A DNA stretch of 38,874 nucleotides, taken from the IMG/VR virus record IMGVR_UViG_3300017963_000147; one strand, written 5' to 3'. The DNA is from a virus. Both the position numbers and the translations under genes were made by a program. Under the pieces are notes generated by a model. That model was given only the letters and a program-made list of their open reading frames with translations, searched no databases and was not told where the DNA came from. Every line of letters starts with the position of its first letter. Position 1 is the stretch's first letter. Positions 31,564 through 38,751 of the stretch are shown one piece after another.

Positions 31564-32652
31564 ATGAGCGAAGCATTCCACAGTGTAATAGAACACAAAC
31601 TTAAGTTTCTTAAACTTACCAGAAACGGTAAAATCAAACTCACACCCTTTGCAGTCAAAGTACTATACAAAGCATACAGCCGTATGCTACAGACATACGA
31701 CAAAACCCCCGAATACCCATTCAACCACTTCTACGCACTCTCCCTTTTAGAAACAAAACGAATGCAACTCGAACCAGACTGGAACATGCTAACCCAATTT
31801 GCCAACTATAACGATAAAGCCGCAGCGACAGCTGACGGCGAAACACTAGACATGAAAAAATGCCACACGGTTATCGATAACCTTAACTCATACAACAAAA
31901 ACAAAAACAAATACAAAAAAGTATACCACTCCGCTAAAGGAACCCTCGGACCAACATTCAACGAAAACGTAACCTACTGGAAACACGGCCGAACATACCA
32001 ATACCCCGACCAAGCCCTAGACGAAAACTCAGCCCCAACACAACCAATAAGCAACTACAAAAAACCATTACCACAAGACGACCCATACCGATACACCATA
32101 AACCCCCACGACGAACTAAAAAAAGCCATTCGATCAAACAAAATAAATACACAAGGACTCTCCATTTTAAGAGAAACCTTCCAAAAAGAACCAGAACTAT
32201 TGCAAATCATAGACGCATATCTCCAAAATAATGTTGCTGGGCTTTGCCCAGCCAATAAAGAAATTACTCCTGAAAAGGGAGCCTGCGATGACGACCCAAC
32301 CGATGAACCACATACCCACATACACACACTCTTGAAGGTTGAAAAAATAGGTGATACCATACCTTATAACCATCCACTCAAGAAGGAGACCGATATTGAA
32401 ATACCTCAAAGACCCAAATACCGTATTTCATTACGTAGCCCCCGGCGAACCAATACCACTATGCAAAGTTGTCGAAACCCCAGAACCACGAGAGTGGAGC
32501 CACTACAAACAACGACGATTCCATTTCGCCCAAACAATAAAGAACCAACACGAAAAATACTTTGTAAACTGCTGCTTCGAGGAAGGCGCCACAAACCACC
32601 GCCAATTCATTCCAGGACCAATACAACTAGAGGTAACATTCTTTATGCCTAA
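31564..32652 (+). CDS. Hypothetical early protein (362 aa as an open frame; the last ~85 codons overlap the next gene out of frame)
   Basis: AGAAGGA RBS. The first ~275 aa look like a real protein. The tail is R/P/T-rich and low-complexity, consistent with read-through in T-poor DNA. Confidence 0.55.
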   Translation: MSEAFHSVIEHKLKFLKLTRNGKIKLTPFAVKVLYKAYSRMLQTYDKTPEYPFNHFYALSLLETKRMQLEPDWNMLTQFANYNDKAAATADGETLDMKKCHTVIDNLNSYNKNKNKYKKVYHSAKGTLGPTFNENVTYWKHGRTYQYPDQALDENSAPTQPISNYKKPLPQDDPYRYTINPHDELKKAIRSNKINTQGLSILRETFQKEPELLQIIDAYLQNNVAGLCPANKEITPEKGACDDDPTDEPHTHIHTLLKVEKIGDTIPYNHPLKKETDIEIPQRPKYRISLRSPRRTNTTMQSCRNPRTTRVEPLQTTTIPFRPNNKEPTRKILCKLLLRGRRHKPPPIHSRTNTTRGNILYA

Positions 32653-32839
32653 ACCAAAAACACGCAAACGAAAAGAACCTCACACCGAAACACCACCAGC
32701 ATACGTACTCTACAACTTCGTAGACCATACCCTTCAAGGCATACTATACAAAAAAGATGTAACCATCTCGATAGCAAAAATGAAAAAACTATACGACACC
32801 AAACCACGAACCGAAATTACCATTACGAGGCTTAAATGA
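32396..32839 (+). CDS. RusA-like protein (147 aa from TTG 32396; track ORF opens at GTG 32351)
   Basis: AAGGAG lies 7 nt upstream of the TTG. The C-terminal block LEVTFFMPKPK...H....VLYNFVDHTLQGILYKKDVTISIAKMKKLY....PRTEITITRL parallels the RusA core, but the canonical PD.DN aspartates appear to be replaced. Confidence 0.45.
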   Translation: MKYLKDPNTVFHYVAPGEPIPLCKVVETPEPREWSHYKQRRFHFAQTIKNQHEKYFVNCCFEEGATNHRQFIPGPIQLEVTFFMPKPKTRKRKEPHTETPPAYVLYNFVDHTLQGILYKKDVTISIAKMKKLYDTKPRTEITITRLK

Positions 32840-33369
32840 AAAAGAAAACAACCAAAACTAAAACCCCTAAGCCTATCAAGCACAAAATGCCAGGTAAAAA
32901 ACAGGCACCGCTTTACAAGATAGAAAACATGAACTACTACCTATCTAATGGAAACGCAACCGCAGTAAGCATCGAGCGATTCGCCGACGAACAACTAGAA
33001 TATATCCTCCAAAACGAACATGTGCTGCACATTAATAAATTCTACCTCTCCAAAGGCTTAAGGCGAGACCTGTATTATAGATGGACCCAGAAAAGCGCGT
33101 ACCTCAAAAAAATACACGACTTATGCATGGAAATCCTAGGACTAAGACGCGAAGAAAAAATGGCCCAGGACAACTCAACCACACTTAAACATACACTGCA
33201 TATGTATAGCCATGACTGGGCAATTGCCGACAAATACCACGACCAACGTAAACAAGCCGAAGAAGATAAAACCGCCAACATTAAAGTAATCGTCCAAAAA
33301 CCAGAAGAAGTAATCGATAGAAACAAATACAAACCAATCAAACCAAAGGAAAACAATGAACCCAAATAA
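32836..33369 (+). CDS. Putative small terminase subunit (177 aa)
   Basis: Basic N-terminus, an HTH-like segment, then ..YYRWTQKSAYLKKIHDLCMEILGLRREEKMAQDN.TTLKHTL.MYSHDW, which resembles TerS families. It lies 0.6 kb upstream of TerL. Confidence 0.4.
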   Translation: MKKKTTKTKTPKPIKHKMPGKKQAPLYKIENMNYYLSNGNATAVSIERFADEQLEYILQNEHVLHINKFYLSKGLRRDLYYRWTQKSAYLKKIHDLCMEILGLRREEKMAQDNSTTLKHTLHMYSHDWAIADKYHDQRKQAEEDKTANIKVIVQKPEEVIDRNKYKPIKPKENNEPK

Positions 33370-33682
33370 TGTAGTACTCCTAGCCGTAACCCTATTAATT
33401 ATCGCCGACATCATAATCACATACGTATCATACATACAATCCTCCAAAGATATTACCAAACTAGACAAGAAACTTAAGGACCTAGTTTACGACGTAGCAG
33501 AACAACAAGGCGCACTGCGCAACACCTTTGAAGAATTAGAAAAACAAACATCCCGAATAGGCACTCTGCGCAGACAACATAATACACTTAAGAAAGAATT
33601 TGACTCGCTTGTACTTAAGAATGCGCACGCTGTTAAGGGGGAGCAGGACAAGCCTAAAGTATTGCCAAAGAAGGATAAGTGA
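33356..33682 (+). CDS. Membrane-anchored coiled-coil protein (108 aa)
   Basis: N-terminal TM segment VVLLAVTLLIIADIIITYV followed by a K/E/L helix. Confidence 0.5.
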   Translation: MNPNNVVLLAVTLLIIADIIITYVSYIQSSKDITKLDKKLKDLVYDVAEQQGALRNTFEELEKQTSRIGTLRRQHNTLKKEFDSLVLKNAHAVKGEQDKPKVLPKKDK

Positions 33683-33964
33683 GTGATAGACGATCCGGAC
33701 TTGAGCGAAGAAGGGCTACTTGCAGTCGGGGACACTATTGTGAAGGAATATAAGGTCCCGCGCATACGTCAACGCGCAACGCTTACTCCCCCTATACCGC
33801 ATGCGCCTCCAGCTGGGTTTGGGTGGAAATGGGTGCAAGCGGTGCACGATGACGGCTATTGGGAGCTCTTTGATATCGCAGAGAAAAGGCGCGAAAAGGC
33901 GCGTATTGCAGAGTTGTACAAAAAATTATATGCCGCAGAAAAAGAGAATTCGTCAGCAGACTGA
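33683..33964 (+). CDS. Hypothetical protein (93 aa)
   Basis: GTG start abutting the previous stop. No motif. Confidence 0.45.
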   Translation: MIDDPDLSEEGLLAVGDTIVKEYKVPRIRQRATLTPPIPHAPPAGFGWKWVQAVHDDGYWELFDIAEKRREKARIAELYKKLYAAEKENSSAD

Positions 33965-33985
33965 CGCGACGTCACAGGAGAATAT

Positions 33986-35359
33986 ATGCAACTAACCCCC
34001 GAAACAGAAGTACATCTAAATAAGTTTAAACCACGTGAGTATCAGAAAGCCGCTTTTGATGCCATAATCAACATGGGCTATAAGAAAGTCATGTGCATTT
34101 GGCCGCGCCGCGCAGGGAAAGATTTGACAGCTTGGAACATATGCATCCATGAAATGATACGAAAAGTACAAACAATTTATTATGTATTTCCGACATACTC
34201 TTCGGGCCGTCGTATACTGTGGGACGCTATAAGTAACGACGGCTTTCGCATACTTAACTACTTGCCAGAAGAATTAATTGAGTCTAAGAACGAACAACTT
34301 ATGCGTATTAGGCTCAAGAATGGCTCCCTTTTTCAGGTGATTGGTTCCGACAACTATGATAATGCTCTAGTCGGAACCAATCCCCAAGGTGTAGTCTTTA
34401 GCGAATTTGCAATAAGTAATCCAAACGCTTACTCCTTTGTGAGGCCCATCCTGTCCGCAAATGACGGGTGGGCTTTAATTGTTAGCACTCCACGTGGCCG
34501 TAACTTCCTTTGGGAGATGTACAACGTAGGACTAGAAAACCCACAGTCGTGGTTTGTGTCTAAGTTAACAGTTGATGACACACTACACATTCCCTTTGAG
34601 GTAATTGAACGTGAACGCATAGAAGGCGAGATGTCCGAAGATTTACAGCTTCAAGAATACTGGACGTCGTTTGAGATGGGCGTAGAAGGTGCATATTATA
34701 CAAAATATATTGATAGGGCTCGGCTAGATGGCAGGATAGCAGATGTACCTTGGGAGCCCGGATTACCTGTGCATACCAGCTGGGACATAGGCTGCAGGGA
34801 TATGACTTCCATCATCTTCTTTCAGGTTGCGAATAATGTAATACGAATAATTGATTGCTATGAGAAGAACAAAGAGGGCTTAGAGCATTACATTAATGTG
34901 CTTAAATCCAAAGATTATACGTATGGTAAGCACATAGGGCCGCATGATATAAGAAACATGGATTTTAGTACTGGTATCACAAGATGGGAAAAGGCGCGTA
35001 GGCTGGGCTTTACGTTCGTTGTGGCTGATAAGATAAGCATTGTCGATGGTATTGAGGCTGTTCGCTCGAAGTTGCCTACCATGTGGTTCGACCAAAAGAA
35101 GTGTGCGCCATTAATAAAAGCTTTGGAGAATTATAGACAGGAGTTTGATGCCAAGAAAAAAGTGTACAAGGATAAGCCGCTCCACGATGTTTTTTCTAAT
35201 TTCGCTGATTCCATGCGCTATTTATGCATATCTCTTCATAAGGTGCGTATGGGAAGTAGTCCTGAGGATATAAACAAGCGCTATAGGCGCGCCATGTATG
35301 GTGATGAAGCGAATATTCCTCCCATTTTTAGGGATCATCAAAAAAATCCTTATCGATAA
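33986..35359 (+). CDS. terL: Terminase large subunit
   Basis: Walker A-like WPRRAGKDLT, Walker B-like GVVFSEF, coupling motif STPRG, and a C-terminal nuclease half with D-rich motifs (WDIG, HD). AGGAG RBS. Confidence 0.8.
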   Translation: MQLTPETEVHLNKFKPREYQKAAFDAIINMGYKKVMCIWPRRAGKDLTAWNICIHEMIRKVQTIYYVFPTYSSGRRILWDAISNDGFRILNYLPEELIESKNEQLMRIRLKNGSLFQVIGSDNYDNALVGTNPQGVVFSEFAISNPNAYSFVRPILSANDGWALIVSTPRGRNFLWEMYNVGLENPQSWFVSKLTVDDTLHIPFEVIERERIEGEMSEDLQLQEYWTSFEMGVEGAYYTKYIDRARLDGRIADVPWEPGLPVHTSWDIGCRDMTSIIFFQVANNVIRIIDCYEKNKEGLEHYINVLKSKDYTYGKHIGPHDIRNMDFSTGITRWEKARRLGFTFVVADKISIVDGIEAVRSKLPTMWFDQKKCAPLIKALENYRQEFDAKKKVYKDKPLHDVFSNFADSMRYLCISLHKVRMGSSPEDINKRYRRAMYGDEANIPPIFRDHQKNPYR

Positions 35360-35365
35360 ATATAC

Positions 35366-35394
35366 TTGACGTTACGGCTGTAATATGGCATTAT
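35366..35394 (+). promoter_or_regulatory. Sigma70-like promoter TTGACG-N17-CATTAT
   Basis: Immediately after the terL stop and upstream of 35449. Confidence 0.45.
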
Positions 35395-35448
35395 GATTGT
35401 GTGATAAGTCAGTGTTTTATTAATAACCATTATACGAGGGAGTAAAAT

Positions 35449-35682
35449 ATGGTTAAACGCACAGTTTTGGTGCTTATGTTGTTGTTGAGTTTTAGTTCAT
35501 CTTATGCAGTGGGCAATAAGACGAGTACGGCTATTGTACTTCGAAGTAGTCGTTCATTGGCGGGAACGTTGTTAGCGGTGATTGTTGGGTTGCTTAAGCA
35601 TAAAAACAAAAAAGAACGTCAAAAGAAGTTGGTAGTGGGAATGGCCAAGACGTTAAGGGATATTCCTTGTTGTATATTATAG
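35449..35682 (+). CDS. Small secreted or membrane protein (77 aa)
   Basis: Signal-like MVKRTVLVLMLLLSFSSSYA, a second hydrophobic segment and a basic tail. Confidence 0.5.
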   Translation: MVKRTVLVLMLLLSFSSSYAVGNKTSTAIVLRSSRSLAGTLLAVIVGLLKHKNKKERQKKLVVGMAKTLRDIPCCIL

Positions 35683-35693
35683 TGATCGTCGTA

Positions 35694-35722
35694 TAGGGCA
35701 TCTTCGGATGCCCTATTTTTTT
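35694..35722 (+). terminator. Rho-independent terminator
   Basis: TAGGGCATC ttcg GATGCCCTA followed by TTTTTTT. Confidence 0.8.
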
Positions 35723-35732
35723 AGGAGTTATT

Positions 35733-35990
35733 ATGTACATAAAAAAAATGCTATATGTTTCATTGTTTTTAGTTAGTTTTAATGCGTTAACTCTTATAAG
35801 AACGCAGGAGTTTGACGAAGAGTCATTCGACCGTGCACGTGACATTCCGCATGAGTTAACTAAAGAAGAGCTACAAGAAGCGCTTGATCTATTAGAAACG
35901 CAGATTGAGTGTAATCAAGAGCTTTTAGATGCGATAGAGAAACAAATTGAGGATAACGAGCACAAGCCGGAGTCCGATCAAAAAAGTTGA
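35733..35990 (+). CDS. Small secreted acidic coiled-coil protein (85 aa)
   Basis: Signal-like MYIKKMLYVSLFLVSFNALT followed by an E/L/Q-rich helix. AGGAG RBS. Confidence 0.5.
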   Translation: MYIKKMLYVSLFLVSFNALTLIRTQEFDEESFDRARDIPHELTKEELQEALDLLETQIECNQELLDAIEKQIEDNEHKPESDQKS

Positions 35991-36015
35991 CGCTGTGTTG
36001 ACGTAGCGCTATACT
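35987..36015 (+). promoter_or_regulatory. Sigma70-like promoter TTGACG-N17-TATACT with candidate operators
   Basis: The -35 is at 35987-35992 and the -10 at 36010-36015. GTTGACG occurs twice, 11 bp apart. The palindrome TAGCGCTA overlaps the -10. Confidence 0.6.
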
Positions 36016-36053
36016 GATACAAAATGACAATTCTATGCCAAGAAAGTAGAGAG

Positions 36054-36248
36054 ATGGAAAATCAAAAAAAAACAAGGTCCTATGAAGGCAAGTTAAGATT
36101 TACTGTTTATTTAGATCCGGACGTCGAAAAGATGTTTAACGAGCTTTACGCTTTCCGGATTGTTTCTGGCCTTAGTGGTACAAAGTCTAGTATCATCTGT
36201 GAGGCGCTACGTCAATATTATACGCGGGAGATGAAGTCTTTTAATTAA
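36054..36248 (+). CDS. Ribbon-helix-helix DNA-binding protein (64 aa from ATG 36054)
   Basis: KLRFTVYLDPDVEKMFNELYAFRIVSG....KSSIICEALRQYY has a beta-strand plus two-helix pattern. It is the first gene after the promoter. Confidence 0.6.
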   Translation: MENQKKTRSYEGKLRFTVYLDPDVEKMFNELYAFRIVSGLSGTKSSIICEALRQYYTREMKSFN

Positions 36249-36254
36249 AGGAAA

Positions 36255-36500
36255 ATGAGTATGGAACAAGAAAAAAACTATATAGAATGGGATGGTCAAT
36301 ATATTGGGGGTTCGATACCTTTATTCAAAGCAGTAACGTTTGCGCACCATATGCTGTGTGAGGGAAGAACTCGCAAAGAGGCAATTGGTATCGCAAGTTC
36401 GCATTATAAGCTCGAGGCATCTCAGGTTGCTATAGAGTTGATGGTAAGAGATTATCTTATGGAAGATGAGATTCCTGAAAGTGAAGCTGAGGAGAAATAA
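36255..36500 (+). CDS. Hypothetical protein (81 aa)
   Basis: AAGGAAAA RBS. No motif. Confidence 0.5.
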   Translation: MSMEQEKNYIEWDGQYIGGSIPLFKAVTFAHHMLCEGRTRKEAIGIASSHYKLEASQVAIELMVRDYLMEDEIPESEAEEK

Positions 36501-36504
36501 TAGT

Positions 36505-36924
36505 ATGGAAAATTATGATGATCGCCGTACAAGGATCGTTAAAAGTTATAAACCGGGTACCCGCGAGTATAAGGTGCGTCTAGGGAAAATGCTAGGCAAA
36601 ACGTTTCCTCCTTTTAAGATCTTAGAATTTAACGATGTCTACGCTTCGAATTATCGTTTTAAAGCGGAGTGTCTTAATTGTGGTTATCTAGGGGTATATC
36701 TAGGAAGCAAGATTAAGCATGGGGACGTCGCGTGCCAATCCTGCGGAGCGGACGCAAAGAATTATACCGATCGCCGACAACTCTCTTCTGCGGATACTTC
36801 ATCCGCCTCGGTGACAATATCGCAACAGTTACCATCTGAGGCTTATATAGCTGAGTTTAAAAAAATGAATGAACATTTAAGCGATATTGTCAAAGAGTTA
36901 AGAGAGATTAGCTTTAGATTGTGA
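36505..36924 (+). CDS. Zinc-ribbon protein (139 aa from ATG 36505)
   Basis: CLNCGY...CQSCGAD four-cysteine motif. GAGGAG lies upstream of 36505. Confidence 0.5.
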   Translation: MENYDDRRTRIVKSYKPGTREYKVRLGKMLGKTFPPFKILEFNDVYASNYRFKAECLNCGYLGVYLGSKIKHGDVACQSCGADAKNYTDRRQLSSADTSSASVTISQQLPSEAYIAEFKKMNEHLSDIVKELREISFRL

Positions 36925-36942
36925 GAATGAATAAGGAGAATT

Positions 36943-37140
36943 ATGGATCGCAATGAGAGTTTAGATGAGTTAATTAAAGGCATAATTAGCGAACATTCTT
37001 ATTACATAGTTAATTTATTGGAGCCGTTTAAGGACTACTTGCAAGAGTTTCACCCGGCAGAATTCGAAGTGTATCAGTCAATGGATAGTATGCTAAGCTA
37101 TCTGAGGAAAAGTGCGGAAGAGAGAAAAGCGGCAAACTAG
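36943..37140 (+). CDS. Hypothetical protein (65 aa)
   Basis: AAGGAG RBS. Acidic and helical. Confidence 0.5.
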   Translation: MDRNESLDELIKGIISEHSYYIVNLLEPFKDYLQEFHPAEFEVYQSMDSMLSYLRKSAEERKAAN

Positions 37141-37148
37141 GAGATGTT

Positions 37149-38171
37149 GTGGTGATAGTAAGAGAAGTATTTCAGAAGCTCATTCCACCTCTGAGTGAGG
37201 AAGAGTTTAAACTTTTAGAGCAATCGATTTTAGAAGAAGGGTGTCGAGACCCACTAATATTGTGGGGCGAAATACTAGTCGACGGGCATAATAGATATCA
37301 AATTTGCAAAAACCATGATATTCCCTATGAAACAACACAAATAGAATTTGATGATGAGAGCGATGCTACACTTTGGATAATACGCAATCAATTGGGACGG
37401 CGTAATATAAACAAGTTTGTGAGGGGTGAGCTAGCTCTTAAGATGAAACCGTTATTAACTGAAAAAGGCAAAAGGCATATGGCGGAAGGTTTGCAGAATT
37501 CTGCAAACCTAGATACGCGTGAAGAATTAGCAAAACAAGCGGACATTTCCCACGATACCATCCACAAAGTAGAGAAAATACTCGAAGAGGCACCTCCAGA
37601 GATTATTGAAGAAGTGCGTAGTGGCGAAAAAAGCATTCATAGAGCATATCAAGAAGTCAAAAAGCCTCATGTGTCGCATAACAGTGGCAACAATGAATGG
37701 TATACGCCCAAGCCATATATTGACGCTGCGCATAGGGTTATGGGTCGAATTGATTTAGATCCGGCTTCTAGTGCCATGGCAAATGAAACAGTTGGGGCTC
37801 TTAAGTATCATACAATAGAAGACGACGGCTTGACGCATGCATGGTTAGGAAAAATATGGATGAATCCACCATATTCATCGGATAAGATAGAAGCGTTCTG
37901 TACGAAGCTTGTTAGTCATGTTAATGATTGCCTCGTAGAAGAGGCGATTGTGTTGGTTAACAACGCAACAGAAACGCAATGGTTTCAGAGCCTTATAGAC
38001 GTATCTTCCGCTGCTGTGTTTCCAAGCAAGCGTATTCGGTTTGTAACTCCGGATGGCGCGCACGGTTCCCCGCTTCAAGGACAAGCAATAATATATATAG
38101 GTAACAATGTCGCTGCCTTTCTAAAGGAGTTTTTATCCTTTGGTTGGGGAGCATCGATATGCAAAATGTAG
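37149..38171 (+). CDS. ParB-like N-terminal domain fused to a phage Dam-type N6-adenine DNA methyltransferase
   Basis: The N-terminus reads ...EGCRDPLILW...VDGHNRYQIC, which is ParB/Srx-like. The C-terminus has EWYTPKPYIDAA...IDLDPASS and the catalytic NPPYS motif. Confidence 0.75.
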   Translation: MVIVREVFQKLIPPLSEEEFKLLEQSILEEGCRDPLILWGEILVDGHNRYQICKNHDIPYETTQIEFDDESDATLWIIRNQLGRRNINKFVRGELALKMKPLLTEKGKRHMAEGLQNSANLDTREELAKQADISHDTIHKVEKILEEAPPEIIEEVRSGEKSIHRAYQEVKKPHVSHNSGNNEWYTPKPYIDAAHRVMGRIDLDPASSAMANETVGALKYHTIEDDGLTHAWLGKIWMNPPYSSDKIEAFCTKLVSHVNDCLVEEAIVLVNNATETQWFQSLIDVSSAAVFPSKRIRFVTPDGAHGSPLQGQAIIYIGNNVAAFLKEFLSFGWGASICKM

Positions 38172-38689
38172 CGTTTTCGAAGTCTCTTAAGTACGGACAG
38201 ATTGGGGAAGGTAGAATTGCTAATTGGCTCAGAGGGAAGGGCTACAGTGTTCTTCCTGTTTATGATGTTCAAATAAATAGTGGGAAAGGCCCCCAGTTAT
38301 TTACTCCAACAGAAAGCCTAGTTGCTCCGGACATGCAGATATATCGCGAAAAGGATGTGTTGTGGGTTGAAGCTAAGAGAAAAACGGCTTTTGCATGGCA
38401 TAGAATTACTAGATCATGGACGACCGGAATCGATTTGCGACACTATAAAGACTATTGCAAGATTGATACAGAATCCCCATTTCGTGTATATATGTTGTTT
38501 TTGCACGGAGGAGGCCAAGCAAAAGACAGCCCTCCTAACTCCCCTTCCGGATTATACGGCAATTGGTTATCATATTTACGCGAGCATGAACACCATAGGC
38601 ATATGAATTGGGGCAAGAGTGGTATGGTATATTGGGGTTTAGATGCCCTGAGGAAGATAGCAGCGCTTAAGGCATTAGAGATCTCATAA
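38159..38689 (+). CDS. PD-(D/E)xK superfamily nuclease (176 aa from ATG 38159)
   Basis: GEGRIANWLRGKGYSV....APDMQIY....LWVEAKRK gives an E...PD...E.K arrangement. Its 3' end contains repeat copy B. Confidence 0.55.
   Translation: MQNVAFSKSLKYGQIGEGRIANWLRGKGYSVLPVYDVQINSGKGPQLFTPTESLVAPDMQIYREKDVLWVEAKRKTAFAWHRITRSWTTGIDLRHYKDYCKIDTESPFRVYMLFLHGGGQAKDSPPNSPSGLYGNWLSYLREHEHHRHMNWGKSGMVYWGLDALRKIAALKALEIS
38615..38676. repeat. 62-bp perfect direct repeat, copy B (inside the nuclease gene 3' end)
   Basis: Identical to 393-454. Confidence 0.9.
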
Positions 38690-38733
38690 GAATCTCACAA
38701 AAATTTTAGCCTCTGAAAAGAGCCTCTCAGAGA

Positions 38734-38750
38734 AGCAAATTGAATTTGCT
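38734..38750. promoter_or_regulatory. 17-bp palindrome AGCAAATT g AATTTGCT abutting the terminal repeat
   Basis: It ends 1 nt before the repeat boundary at 38752. It is preceded by the direct repeats AGCCTCTGAAAAG / AGCCTCTCAGAGAAG (38708-38735). Confidence 0.5.
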
Positions 38751-38751
38751 C

